A DNA stretch of 64,000 bases from Lytechinus pictus (Eukaryota), in NCBI RefSeq assembly GCF_037042905.1, contig NC_087252.1:6822001-6886000 (forward strand), in the 5' to 3' direction. Below, one piece after another: positions 25,901-39,321 of the stretch; position 1 is the first letter of the stretch, and the number at the start of each line of letters is the position of its first letter. Below the pieces are notes generated by a model that saw nothing but the letters and a program-made list of their open reading frames with translations, ran no database searches and was not told the DNA's origin. The position numbers and the translations under genes are program-made.

Positions 25901-28900
25901 AATGAGAAAGTTATGAGCATTTGAATAATGCAATCACTAATGCTATGGAGATCCTCCCATTGGCAATGCGACAAGGATGTGTGATGTCACATGTGAACAG
26001 CTTTCCCTTTGATGGACTATAAAATACCCTCAAAATGTCTCTTTTTGCTTTTTCTTATGGTGATACAAACTGTTTATCCATGATGTTTTCTTTAGAAATC
26101 TGTATTACATGCCCTCCTATAGAAAGAACACATGATCTACTAATAGATGTGATAAAAGAGGCAATTTAAGTGAAATACATACTAAAGTAATGGGGAGAGT
26201 TGTGACATCACACATATTTGTCGCATTGCCAATTTGAGGATCTCCATAGCATTAATGATCTGAAATATTCAAATGCTGATAACTTTCTCATTATTTGTCC
26301 GATTTTTCTCAAACTTTCGTTGATCTGTTTCTTTGATTTTTCTGTTTTCACACAAGCTATCTTGTTCTAAAGGTTTCATTCTCCTTTAAGGCCTGAAAAC
26401 TGGACATTCTAAGCATTTTTCAAATATTGTTTTACGCCTACTGGTGCACATAATTTATGGTAATCCTCCTATGCAGAGCTAATCGGCCGTGGAGTGCAGG
26501 AGACCCATGTGCAGGAGAATGGCTTGATGCGCGCGCAGTTGCGGTAGCGTGGTTTCGGTTTTCCTACACTCTTAGTTTTTATTAGTCAAGCGGGGGCAAA
26601 GATTTGCCAAACTGGCAGTACAAAAAATCGTCACGCCATTATGACGATCACTAATATGACAATTGACAAATCATTTTAGTAATTTGACAAATAAAAAATC
26701 GGGAAATACTAAATTACGTCTCTACGTAACGAATATAAATCCTGTTTTGACAAATTACTTTAACTGACGAATCCAACAAGCACGAATTGACAAATGGAAT
26801 ATTGTCAGTCCGATTGCAGACGACGTATCTTATCAGACTTGAAAAATTGAGGGACAAATTTAGACATACAATATGAATATGGGAATGAAAATTTTGGAAA
26901 AACTTAAAACGGGTTTCCTTATGTTAAAATATTTGTCAAAATTCACATCGTGCGCATGCGCCCTGCCTGCAGAGCAATTTTTTTAAATCTTGGTATCGCC
27001 ATTCGATCGCAAACTCTCGCCTCCCTAACTGTCTCCAGGCCCGGCACTTCAGAGCTATAAGATCTCCATCGAAATAGGAACCTTGTAAATAAAATTTTGA
27101 AGAAATAAATTTACACCTCGTCTGGAGCCCAGCCACAAAAAAAGCATAATAAATGGACTTCGGACCCTATTATGCCTTCAATACCAAAGCAAATTTGCAT
27201 ATTGAAAGCAAATAAACACCAAATCGACATTGATCTTTGCATATCATAATGTAACTTGGTACACCGCACAACATTCATTTGGCCACATTGCTCACTGAGT
27301 TTGGGGAAGGTGTGACATGTTGAATCTTTAAATGGCAATTCCCCATCTTTGTAAGAAAATTAACAAAAAAAATATGGGATAAGGGAATATGATTGCTCTT
27401 TGTACACATTGTGTGTATGTACTAGCTTTCCTACGAAATGAGCATATTGAATGCTTACGTCCAAATTGAATCCATACTGTCCCATTTACTCATTATTCCG
27501 ACATCATGGACATGCATTTTGTGATAAATTACGTTTGTTTCCTTATTTCAACTGTGCAAAGAGAGAAAGTGATTGTTATTATCATCATTTTGTTTATATT
27601 TTTCAATTTATTATTTTTCTCGTAATGATAAATGACTTCAAAACAAATTATTGTATGCATATGTTTGAATATGTTGATGATTTAACTCTGGTGGAATGTC
27701 GTAAATCAAACCAACTTTTAAACATGCAAGAAACAGTAACATGTCTTTATAAATGGGCTGAATCCAATAAAATAAAAATCCAGTGTGACCAAAGTAAGGG
27801 GCCGCTAAAGCGGGGGGGGGGGGGGCTTTAGCCCCTCCCCCCCCCCACTTTTTTCCAAAACCGTGTACAAAAACGTAAAAATGGCCATAGGATTGTGATT
27901 TTTTGCATGGCCGCCCCCCCCCCCCCCCTTTGAAAACATTTGCGCGGCACCTGCAAGTGAAATTACTTGGTATTACAATCCGGGACGACTTTAAGTGGGA
28001 GGCACAAATATTTCTGACATTGAAAACAGAGCGAATGCAAAACTATAATGCTCCGCACTTTAGTAAAATACGGTCTTTTTCAGGAGGATTTAGTTACAAT
28101 TTTCATTGGATATATTCGCCTAATACTTGACAATACCGCTCCAGTTTGGAGCGGAGGTCTCACAATTGCGCAAAGACAATGTTTAAAAAGAATACAAAAA
28201 AAAAACGCACCTTAAGAATTATCTTTAGAAATGATTATGATTGTAACACTGCTACTCTTACTTTGTCAAAATTACAACAAGTAGAAAAAACATCGAAATG
28301 ATCTGAGTTTCGCCTTCTTTAGAAACACATTATTATATACAGTTCAGTAAGAATAATTAATTACTCAACGATTGCAAACAATAAATTGACGAAAGACAAG
28401 AAAGATATACGAAGCAAGATGTACAACTAAGCGTATGTGGAGCAGCCCAATCCCTGATCTGATCCGTTTGTACAACAAAAACCCTTGATGATTATGCTTT
28501 TTGTATTGTATTGTATATTACTGTTAGAAATATTTGTCATGATCATTGCCGTAACTTGCCCTATCTGTTTATGTATTTGTCATATGTTCTTGTCAGGATC
28601 AATCTTACCGTCCCTAATGGTTTTCTTCTTCTTCTTTTTTCTATCTAACTTCTCTAACTCTGAACTCTTTCCTTGCCTTCTCCTTTCCACAAATCTTTCT
28701 TGATCCTGACAATATAAAATTATGCATGAATGTAATTGTAATAGTGTTAATTGTATCATAAGATCAAAGCTATACAGTATAATATCCACTTTGCACACTT
28801 GAACATTGTACTGTAATTAATGAAAAGCACACTTGTATTCTGAATGTGTAATTTACATGCAATTCAGTTTGTTAAAGGGGAATCCAGCCTTGGCCATAAA

Positions 28901-31900
28901 ATGTTGTGTCGGGAAGGAGAAAAATAAATTAAACAGAATGGTGAAAGTTTGAAAGAAATCGGACAAGCAATAAGAAAGTTATAGCTGCTTTAAAATTGAG
29001 ATCACTAATACTATGTAGATTTCAAATTGGCAACTGAGTAAGTAAATTATGACAAGGGGCAAGGACAACTTTCCCATAGGCCATGTACTTTATTATCAGG
29101 GATTTGTGGTTTTCTCCTAAGTACCCATTCCCCTGGGGCAGTAATCTAAATATAACCCAGGTAGTATATCGTTTTATGTCCTCATGAAAGAAAAATATAA
29201 TGTGAAATAAAACTTTTGGGAAAAATGAAATTTTAGCCATAATATGTATTGGAGTACATGGAAGAGTAGTCCTTGCCTTACATCACTATGACATCCCATA
29301 TGCGGCCAATTTGAAGTCTCCATGGGTATAGTGATTACCAATATTTACAACATTTAAAAATTCATAACTTTCTTGTTGTTTGTCCAATATTGTTCAAACT
29401 TTCACCAATCAACTTGTCTGATTTTTCTTTTCCTTATAAAAACAAGTTTTTATTTGGATTGGATTCCCCTTTAACTGCAATATGTGGAGAATTGTAATAA
29501 ATACCATTTATCTATCTATCTTGCGGAAGGGGTCTATACAAAAGCAATTTCCTCTACATACATGTTATCCACGTACAAATCACATAATATATACGAGCAC
29601 ACCCACGCACCCGCCCTCACACACACACGTGCGTTCACACCCTCCCTTACACTGAATGCTGGTTTCGGGATAAAAAATAATCGGCAACAAATTACATCCT
29701 GACAGACAGAAGGAAGGGACTTTGGCGCTATAAGAAAATATAAAATCTGCGGGGTCACAGGAAGAAATTCCTAAACGAGAACAAACTTATCACACGGAAG
29801 GGTTGAAACCCGGAGGCCAGTGGATACCATGCGCGACCACAAAAAAAAAACGTAAAAAGGATGTCTTTTTCCAAATAGGGCACGTTACGTACGTAACGTA
29901 ATAACGGTGTCAAAAACACTAAAATAATGGGAAAAAGGGTAGGGGAAGGCGGGGTAAGTTGAGCCACCACCCCCAGGCCAATAATGAATGAGTCAGAAAT
30001 CGTGGTGGTGTCATGTATTGATGACCCAGTACAAAACCTTTAACTCCATCACATTGTTTTCAACTTTGAAACAAAAAGTACTTTTTTAGAGGGAAAAATA
30101 CAATTTTTTTTTCCAAAAAAAAAAAGAAAAAGGTGTGAAATAGATAAAGTGCTTTTAGTGTATTAGTGTTATTATTTATGGAGAATTAACAAGTGAAAAG
30201 ACGGGAGGGCAGGGGGGGGGGGCAAGCTGCCCCCCCTGGCGGATGCGGGAGAGTAAAAAAAACGGGGAAAAGAGAAAAGAGAGGGAGAAAGAAAGGGAAA
30301 AGGGAATGAAAGGAAAGGGGAAAGGGACAGGAGGAAAACGTAAGGGAAAGGAAAAAGTGAAAAGATAACGAAAAAAATATATTTCATTTTAAATGGAAAT
30401 GGAAGGAAAGCGGGAAAAGGAAAGGAAGAGAACATTTGAGAAAGAACAAATCATTCCGAAATAGGCCTATGTAATGCAATAGCATGATGGAAAATAAATT
30501 AAAAGATGACAAAGTGGCAAACAAAAGCGGGAAACAAAAGGTGGAATGGAATTAATCAAAAGCTAAATTGGAAAACAAAGAAAGGGGACAAGAATAATAA
30601 AAAAACACTTAACACAACCGGGCTGCCGAGGATTGAAAATAAAGAGCGGGAAGAAAGATGGACAGCATACAATATTGTGCGATAAGCGTGCTAAATTTTA
30701 TGCAAATAAGCTACTGGGGCTTTGCCCCAGACCCCACGCAGTAGGGGCTCTCCATCTATAACTTTCAAATGAGTCTATAACCCCCCCCCCCTGTAGTGAC
30801 CCTTCCCACATTAAGCTTTACGTTCAACTACTGGCGCAAAGGCGAGGGGGGGGGGTTCCACACCCAAGAGGAAATAAAATAAATTATAGGAGACAACGCA
30901 TAATGAAATTAATGGAATCAGTGAAATGTGTTATTTGCTGAATATAATGGAAAAATCTGTCACATAATTACAATTTAATTTCAATCGGCAAACTTTTCCT
31001 GGTCGCTTTGCTCGTTGGCAATATTTTTTTACAAAATTTCCTACATTGCTTTGTTTTGCCCCCTCAATTTTTTTGGTTCATTCCGCGAGTGGGTTTGATA
31101 AATGTGTTGTATAAAAGCTATATTCTGTATATACCCGCGATTTGATTAAAAAAAAACCGGCAATCTGCGAGGTTGAAATGGATCTGATATCAAGAAGTTC
31201 CGGGGCTCCTCCCGGACCCCAACCGCATAGCACTGCCGTATATGAGGGGGGGGGGGGGGGGGGCAACAAATATTTGTTTAGGGTAAAGATAAGAATCCGA
31301 ATTTAAAAGGTATATTTTCTTACTTGTTGGGTCATATGTAACTGCTGCACTAATTGATGTATTTCCAAGGTAATTACCAGCCATACACGTGTACTCTGTT
31401 CCAACTTCAGGATTTGAAACAGTGACATCATTCACACTTTCCATTGATTCATGTATCAGGGTACCATTAGAGAATATATAGTAGTTTCTCATTGTTGGAG
31501 TAGGTTCACTCTCTGCAGTACATGTCACTCCGATGCTGTCTGTTCCATCGGTTACATGCTCAGCAGTGACAGTAGTACCAGCACTAGATGGAGAGGCTAG
31601 GTTGGGAAAAAAATATATATATTGAATAGATTAAAATTGGCCATGTTCTTTATTGTTAGATTCAATAGCATAGAGGTGTCAAATGTATTTCCCCTAAAAT
31701 TATGTTTATCCATCCTTATATATGCACAAAGTAATTATTTGAAGAAAACAAAATTTCACTTCAGTTGTATTAAACATTGTACTCACAACGTGGTTTTCTC
31801 TTATAAGAAATAATAATGAGATACTGAACAGTAAGCTGCCTTCCAGTTTATATATCATTTTATATCAGATTCATCAGCTTTTATTTAAATCAGGAAGATC

Positions 31901-34288
31901 TCATCATACAAACAAATAGGCTGCCATGTTGTTCAGAGGGTAATCCAATCCAAATTAAGTAGTTTTAAGGAAAATGAAAAATCAGACGAGTAGATAGTAG
32001 GTGAAAGTTATGGAGACTTCAGATTGGCAGCAATGGTGATGTCATAGTTATAGAAAATGCCATGGCAACTCTTCCATTCACTCCAACACATAAAAAAATT
32101 TTTTAAAGGTTTTACTTCACACTATATTTTTATGTAATTAGTACATAAACGATACGCTACTTATGTTATATCATGGTCACTGCCCTAAGTAGCGTGTACA
32201 GTGTAGGCCTTCTTACTATGAATATCTAAATCTCTTGATTCCTGTCTTTCCAGCTCTGTAAGGTGATATCCAGTAGCCCGACATTCCAAAGTCTGTAAAT
32301 GATTTTCTTGAGTTGCTGGGAATGTGAACACATTATTTGTATTATATAATGGTGGTGTAGCTTTTGGGTATGTTTCAACTATCGTCTTCCCATTGCCATC
32401 AGTCTGTTCAACACCATTCAGATACCATGTGATGTTAACTGGTGGTTTGCTTCCAACAACTTCACATGTTGCTTCATACATATCCTCTCCACTGCTACTT
32501 AAATGACTTCTTACAGTTGGTTCAGTTAAACTTCCTGGAGCTAAAATCAGAATACAAAAAAATATGCAAGTGACAATTTAATGATACACATTACTTAGGT
32601 TTATACGGGACCCTGTAGAAAACAAGTGGCATACTGGTCTTAAAAATAACTAAATAATAGGAATAAAGAAAATTGGGACAAAATTAAAAGGTGACCTGTC
32701 GATTTTGACAGACGACCGGAGTATGATTTTCTGTCAAAAATAAGGAATGGGAAAATTGGGGCATGACATCATGAACAGTATTGCATATTGCTTCATACAT
32801 ATCATCATTGTTGACCAAGTTACTGATCACAGTCAATGTCATAGTTGGTGCAGCTTAATTAAGAAATGAATAATGCAGGTTAACTCATTGACAAATCTAA
32901 GGCTTTGGATATGTTTGGTTTACGGTTTACTTTCAGCCTTCAAGAAAAACCGCACCTCTAATACGTTGGAAGGCGAACTATTCTCTTAAAATCTATTTGT
33001 ACTTCCCTTCATTATATTGTGTTAATCTTTTTAAATCTCAGATGAATTAGAACGCTTCAAACTAAATTGTATTGCATTGGTTGTAAATTATGTTACCTGA
33101 ATTTAAAAGTTAATCATTTCAAACACTGAACACTTCAAAACAAATTTCTTTTACAAGAATGTAACATCCATACAAATTTGATTACTTACTTATATTCATA
33201 AAATGAACATTAACTGCAAGGGTCGGAGAATAACTGATCGCGCTTTCACACCTATAAGTGAACAATGATATATAGCACACCTTTTCCTCATCGACCAAGG
33301 TCCAGCCGCGCAGGTGAGCGGATGGTGAAATACTAGTTTTTCCGGTAGAGAAAACTATCAAAGATGAAAAGGGTAAGATTGATTCTAAAAATTATTGTTT
33401 CATTTCTTAGCATAATAGAATGGATTATGTGATGATTAATAACCATACAATGTTCTCACCTTCTACTACAAAGTCCATACTACCATCAGTACTCGGAATA
33501 TCACATCTATAGACCCCATCATCTGTTACTTCTGCACTAGAAATTGTCATCACTGATTGTGTATTTGTCAGGGAAGTTACATCAAAGTTACTAAACTTTT
33601 CATCATCAGTGATAGGGACTGTTCCAGCAAAGATACTTTCACCTGTACTATCATCTACCCATATAATTGCAGCTGCTGTTCCACCTGTAATATCACATGT
33701 GAGTGTGACATCAGTTCCAGCTGCTGCTGGTGAAGTACCGGTTACAGTTGCTGTTTGCCCATTGGTTCCTGGAATAAATTGGGTGAAAAATAAACAAATT
33801 AATTAAAAATTTCTGGTATTTGTGGTAAAGTTTTAGAAATCGTTTTTGAATACACAACCTGTAGCCTCTCACTGCTTTAAAGCTTTGGTTGCCAAGTATT
33901 TACTTGACCACTCGTAAATCTTGCCCTTGTAAAAACTGACCTCACCAAATAACAATATTGACGTATATGTTTAATGCAACTGTTCTTGTTTTTTTGAATA
34001 ACTGATTTTTATTTATTTCAGGTTATATTTTTCATATGTCAAAGATGATTGTATAGGAGATGCCTAGCTAAAAACTAAAAATTTCTTGTTTCACAGAACT
34101 AATCACAAATATTTTGAACAAAATCCCTCATTTATCCTTTGCTGATGATCAACGACTCAGATATAAAAATGAAATCACTTCCTTCGATCACTCCTAATCC
34201 TGTAAATAATTTCAAGATAATTACCTAAAACAAGCACCAGAACTGAGAGTACACGCCATGAAACCAGGCCAGCCATCGTCTTGGTCAT
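13228..34288 (-). CDS. Gene A: type I membrane IgSF receptor (signal peptide, 3 Ig domains, TM, ~53-aa tail, no kinase), 420 aa
   Basis: Exons 34225-34288, 33460-33768, 32217-32540, 31324-31596, 24631-24783, 23908-23938, 14972-15042, 13228-13265; all GT-AG with compatible phases; sum 1263 nt = 420 codons + stop. Confidence 0.8.
13320..13903. mobile_element. Kolobok-like MITE (TTAA TSD)
   Basis: TTAA|AGGAGAATGAAAC ... GTTTCATTCTCAT|TTAA, long imperfect inverted arms; relative at 25808-26385. Confidence 0.85.
14049..14607. mobile_element. Kolobok-like MITE shared with the paralogous intron (~57316-57885)
   Basis: TTAA|AGGATACTCCGG ... CCTGGAGTACCCGT|TTAA. Confidence 0.7.
14972..15042 (-). CDS. 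Gene A cytoplasmic exon RKEMNIPQGVNNNVANEIIQSRDR
   Basis: 71 nt, phase 2-1, CAG/GTGAG sites; paralog at 58269-58339. Confidence 0.8.
18455..22276 (+). mobile_element. RTE-clade non-LTR retrotransposon, near full length
   Basis: ~600 bp GC-rich 5' UTR, single APE-RT ORF, short 3' UTR ending GATGCCA(AT)n. Confidence 0.93.
19078..22203 (+). pseudogene. RTE polyprotein: AP endonuclease, reverse transcriptase, C-terminal Cys/His zinc knuckle; frameshifted
   Basis: SWNVRT, LQETR, GDFNA, DHSLV (APE); NYRGISLL, QCGFR, DLTKAFD, GVKQGCVLAP, FADD, YLG (RT); CSSC..SHRRSC; breaks near 19803, 19835 and 20756. Confidence 0.93.
23908..23938 (-). CDS. Gene A 31-nt cytoplasmic exon EFHESNKNDK
   Basis: TAG/GTAAG sites, phase 1-2; 28-nt paralog differs by one codon indel, two synonymous changes and one substitution. 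Confidence 0.75.
24631..24783 (-). CDS. Gene A stalk + TM exon TTPEPTPCPCSPSGLSSGASAGIAILAILLVASIIINFVQFIPLRRKTKP
   Basis: 153 nt, phase 1-1, hydrophobic helix followed by basic stop-transfer. Confidence 0.88.
24973..25691. repeat. Local direct duplication of ~230 bp (24973-25201 and 25453-25691)
   Basis: Both run TTTAAATCGAA..ATGTCCATAATTATT..ATGGGCCCGGATTCA..ATCGCAAGCGCGA. Confidence 0.8.
25808..26385. mobile_element. Kolobok-like MITE
   Basis: TTAA flanks, GAATGAAACC / GGTTTCATTC TIR, related to 13320-13903. Confidence 0.85.
27615..28480 (+). mobile_element. Decayed CR1/L2-group LINE RT fragment, interrupted by a small MITE (~27797-27953)
   Basis: INDF..YVDDLTLVE..LYKWAESNKIKI, VKLLGITIRDDFKW, GYIRLIL..APVWSGGLT; frameshifts; probable 3' tail to ~29520. 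Confidence 0.75.
28876..29470. mobile_element. Kolobok-like MITE
   Basis: TTAA|AGGGGAATCCA ... TGGATTCCCCT|TTAA; internally deleted inverted relative at 59176-59414. Confidence 0.88.
31324..31596 (-). CDS. Gene A Ig domain 3 exon
   Basis: VTCTAESEPTP...GTEYTCMAGNYLG; 273 nt, phase 1-1. Confidence 0.88.
32217..32540 (-). CDS. Gene A Ig domain 2 exon (C-type)
   Basis: ATCEVVGSKPPVNITWYLNG...LECRAT; 324 nt, phase 1-1. Confidence 0.9.
33460..33768 (-). CDS. Gene A Ig domain 1 exon (V-like)
   Basis: GTDVTLTCDITGG..IIW..SVMTISSAEVTDDGVYRC; 309 nt, phase 1-1; not in the ORF track. Confidence 0.9.
34225..34288 (-). CDS. Gene A first coding exon, signal peptide MTKTMAGLVSWRVLSVLVLVLG
   Basis: ATG, hydrophobic core, phase-1 GTAA donor. 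Confidence 0.8.
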
Positions 34289-35264
34289 GTCTATGTTAAA
34301 CAGCATGTGGTATTATAAATTTATTCTTTCCCGTGGAATGTTTTTTGCTTGTTACGATTGTTTGCGTTCGCGGAGCGGGGATGGCCGCACCCTTTCAAGA
34401 AAACCGGGGGAACTTTTCTCAAAAGGGTGGGTTGACTGGTATCTTGTAACAGTTTTTATTTGTGTGTCTGTGTAAGTTTGTTTGATGATATGGATGTTTA
34501 TATAGGTTGAATGAGGGTGTGTGTAGGTGCGTATGTGTAGCTGAGAAAGGAAAGAATTAAAAAGAAAACACTTATTTCTGTGCATTTTTATTTTGACTGA
34601 TCTATTTTGAATAGTCTCGGCGATGTGCGGCGACCGGGTTGCGGTACATGGAATACTCCTACTAGCAACTTGCGATAGAAAGCCAATTCTAAAGTAATGT
34701 GCTTTAGTGGCGTACATATGACGCTCATGACAAAGAAAAGTAAATACAAAAGGGAAGAGAGAAGTGTGAAATATATTATTTGCTAAATATTATGTAATAC
34801 TAGTAATTGGATTGTTTGTAATAAGAATATCAAATTTTTTGCTCGCTCATAACTTTTTAAAAAATTTTGCCCGATACGCCATATGCGGCAGGGTTCACCC
34901 CTCAAATTTTGTTTTACTCAATATTCCACCGTTTTAATTCGTCACACAATATACAATACGCTGTAATGAAAAATAATATGCCGTATGTATATAGCGCTTA
35001 AAGGTAAAATACAGTAGTTGCAGCAAACAATGGTACATTAATGAAAACTTATATTTGTAAAATCATGAAATCTTAGCTCAAAATAGATAATTCTAATGAT
35101 CACTAATACAGAAAAGCATATATAGAACAGTGTATTAATATTGCTTCGAAAAATACATTTGATGGAATTCCCTGTTTTTTTGCTAATTTCTCAGCAATTA
35201 CGCATTTTATTCCAGAGGTATTTGGCACATTTTTTTTATTTACACATACAAAACACTTTAGTGG

Positions 35265-38200
35265 TAATTTAGGTTTAAACTTATTTTGAGATCGTTACCA
35301 CAACTGGTATTTATCTTTAATACAATGTTGCCATTTCTCTTTATGGTATTGTTGGGGGTTCCTGAATTACTTTATTATGCAATTTTATCTAAAATAACAA
35401 CAAAAAACTGGAAGCTCTCTTCTTTTTTCTCTCTTAATAATCAGTGGCGTAATGAGCCCAAAAATTGAGGGAGTCGAATATGTAATATACGGCAAAATTT
35501 AATGAAAGTTGTGAGCGGGCTAGCAAAAATTCTGACATTTTTATCTCAAAAATCAAATTTTGTATCAGATTTTGAGCTTAAGAATATTTAGAAAATTATT
35601 TCAATTTTCTCCCTTCTCTTTCTTTTCTTTCCTTACCTTTTCATTCTTTTTCTATTTTTGTCCCCCCCCCCCCCCCCCCCCATCTGTACGCCACCGGCCA
35701 CTGATATTAATCTTTAAAAAATCGTTTATTGTTATTATTGGATGAATTACTTTCATTAAATCGATTGGTTCAGAAAACTTCTAAACACAGCCTTTCGTGA
35801 AAATCTACCACCGGTTGTCCCGAAGAGGTGCGTTAATTTGAATCCCCTCCCTCAACCCACACAAGTTCCCTAGCTTTTCTCGAAAGGGTACGGCCATCCC
35901 AGCTCCGCGGACGAAGACAATCGTAACAAGGCGAATGTTTTGACTTCATATGGTTACCAAGTCAAGTTCATCTCCAAGATCTAGTTTTTCAAAGTAAAGA
36001 TACATGTATATAGTGTATTAAAATCATTTATGATAGATAACCAATTATAATTGATTGATTCGTTTTAAATTGCATTGAAATCATTGAATATCAATAAATA
36101 CATTTTCAAAACGAATTAATCAAATGGAACATACGCTTATAAATGGCTTATACTAATTGGGCTCTACCTTTCTTCAAGATTGTCTTGCACTCTCATCATT
36201 ATGGGCCCTCAACTTTTCTACTCCCGATTCGTTAATCCTAATCAACCAGAAATAGAAAGTTGCTAAGTACAAGTTTGTATATTCTGATTCGACTTCTATA
36301 AGAGAGTACTTGAAAGTAATCACCTTATCAGCAACCTTGGGAAACTTTTCTGATTAACGTAATTGGCACTTAATAGCATGGTGATACTATCGATAACTCT
36401 GTCACTCTTGACTGAAAAAATTAAATTAAAGCAAAATATCATGTCATTCGGCATATATGGCATGGGGGTACACGATATTGTACGTCGGTCTTTGCGATTT
36501 TTTGTTCTTAGAACGGGCCCTTTGCGCACTAAATAAATTGAGAGATTGGATATAAGTAGGTGATATAGGTCCCTTAGTACAGATATAGATCATAACCTGA
36601 CATTGGTATCCCATTACTTTGGAAGAGGATTTATATCCAACAGAAAAAATATATATAAAGTCAGGGCATAACTTCACAAAATTCGTCCAGAACAGTATGT
36701 GTGATATCATCCACATCATATCTGTTTAAGCATGGCCCGGAGAAGCGGTGCCGCACCATATAGGCAACAACACATGGAAATCAGGTTGGTATACTAAAAT
36801 GTATACATTTTACCAAAATCACCTAAATGTTGTTAATTTTGGAGCCTTACACCCCCTTTTTCGCTTGTCAATTTTTTCTGGGCCCAATCACAATAAACAA
36901 TAAGTTCATATCACATTTTACCACACTGTACACAATAGTACATATAAAAAACTCACCTTATCCAGTTACCAACGATACATTTTGTTTGTATTCGTCTTTA
37001 CCTTTTTGGTATGTTTGGCGAGTACAGTGCAGCTCTGCGAGCTCTGAATTCATTTTGTCAATGTAAACAAATTTTTCTCGTGTTCCTGCTTTCAAAGTTG
37101 AATCTCCAGTCAGTATATCATATATGTATATCCGTTTGTCATGTTATAAAGAGGGCGTTACAACAAATATAGTCGGGGTTATAATTGAGGACGATGCAGC
37201 CTGGAAGGTAAAGAAAATTTCACTTGGTTTTTCTAGACAAGTTTTTCATGCTTCACCATGTTCACAAGAATGTATCAGTGAACAGTAAATATTAATTAGT
37301 AATTAAGGTTTAAACTTATTTTGAGATCGTTACCACAACTGGTATTTATCTTTAATACAATGTTGCCATTTCTCTTTATGGTATTGTTGGGGGTTCCTGA
37401 ATTACTTTATTATGCAATTTTATCTAAAATAACAACAAAAAACTGGAAGCTCTCTTCTTTTTTCTCTCTTAATAATCAGTGGCGTAATGAGCCCAAAAAT
37501 TGAGGGAGTCGAATATGTAATATACGGCAAAATTTAATGAAAGTTGTGAGCGGGCTAGCAAAAATTCTGACATTTTTATCTCAAAAATCAAATTTTGTAT
37601 CAGATTTTGAGCTTAAGAATATTTAGAAAATTATTTCAATTTTCTCCCTTCTCTTTCTTTTCTTTCCTTACCTTTTCATTCTTTTTCTATTGTTGTCCCC
37701 CCCCCCCATCTGTACGCCACCGGCCACTGATATTAATCTTTAAAAAATCGTTTATTGTTATTATTGGATGAATTACTTTCATTAAATCGATTGGTTCAGA
37801 AAACTTCTAAACACAGCCTTTCGTGAAAATCTACCACCGGTTGTCCCGAAGAGGTGCGTTAATTTGAATCCCCTCCCTCAACCCACACAAGTTCCCTAGC
37901 TTTTCTCGAAAGGGTACGGCCATCCCAGCTCCGCGGACGAAGACAATCGTAACAAGGCGAATGTTTTGACTTCATATGGTTACCAAGTCAAGTTCATCTC
38001 CAAGATCTAGTTTTTCAAAGTAAAGATACATGTATATAGTGTATTAAAATCATTTATGATAGATAACCAATTATAATTGATTGATTCGTTTTAAATTGCA
38101 TTGAAATCATTGAATATCAATAAATACATTTTCAAAACGAATTAATCAAATGGAACACACGCTTATAAATGGCTTATACTAATTGGGCTCTACCTTTCTT

Positions 38201-39321
38201 CAAGATTGTCTTGCACTCTCATCATTATGGGCCCTCAACTTTTCTACTCCCGATTCGTTAATCCTAATCAACCAGAAATAGAAAGTTGCTAAGTACAAGT
38301 TTGTATATTCTGATTCGACTTCTAAGAGAGTACTTGAACGTAATCACCTTATCAGCAACCTTGGGAAACTTTTCTGATTAACGTAATTGGCACTTAATAG
38401 CATGGTGATACTATCGATAACTCTGTCACTCTTGACTGAAAAAATTAAATTAAAGCAAAATATCATGTCATTCGGCATATATGGCATGGGGGTACACGAT
38501 ATTGTACGTCAGTCTTTGCGATTTTTTGTTCTTAGAACGGGCCCTTTGCGCACTAAATAAATTGAGAGATTGGATATAAGTAGGTGATATAGGTCCCTTA
38601 GTACAGATATAGATCATAACCTGACATTGGTATCCCATTACTTTGGAAGAGGATTTATATCCAACAGAAAAAATATATATAAAGTCAGGGCATAACTTCA
38701 CAAAATTTGTCCAGAACAGTATGTGTGATATCATCCACATCATATCTGTTTAAGCATGGCCCGGAGAAGCGGTGCCGCACCATATAGGCAACAACACATG
38801 GAAATCAGGTTGGTATACTAAAATGTATACATTTTACCAAAATCACCTAAATGTTGTTAATTTTGGAGCCTTACACCCCCTTTTTCGCTTGTCAATTTTT
38901 TCTGGGCCCAATCACAATAAACAATAAGTTCATATCACATTTTACCACACTGTACACAATAGTACATATAAAAAACTCACCTTATCCAGTTACCAACGAT
39001 ACATTTTGTTTGTATTCGTCTTTACCTTTTTGGTATGTTTGGCGAGTACAGTGCAGCTCTGCGAGCTCTGAATTCATTTTGTCAATGTAAACAAATTTTT
39101 CTCGTGTTCCTGCTTTCAAAGTTGAATCTCCAGTCAGTATATCATATATGTATATCCGTTTGTCATGTTATAAAGAGGGCGTTACAACAAATATAGTCGG
39201 GGTTATAATTGAGGACGATGCAGCCTGGAAGGTAAAGAAAATTTCACTTAGTTTTTCTAGACAAGTTTTTCATGCTTCACCATGTTCACAAGAATGTATC
39301 AGTGAACAGTAAATATTAATT
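35265..39321. repeat. Recent ~2.03 kb tandem duplication (35265-37297 and 37299-39321)
   Basis: Near-identical copies; identical spurious ORFs at 35286/37321 and 36827/38851. Confidence 0.95.

Noticed and set aside
34405..34420. NF-kB site upstream of gene A
   Set aside because: GGGGAACTTTTC lacks the terminal CC of the consensus; too weak to call
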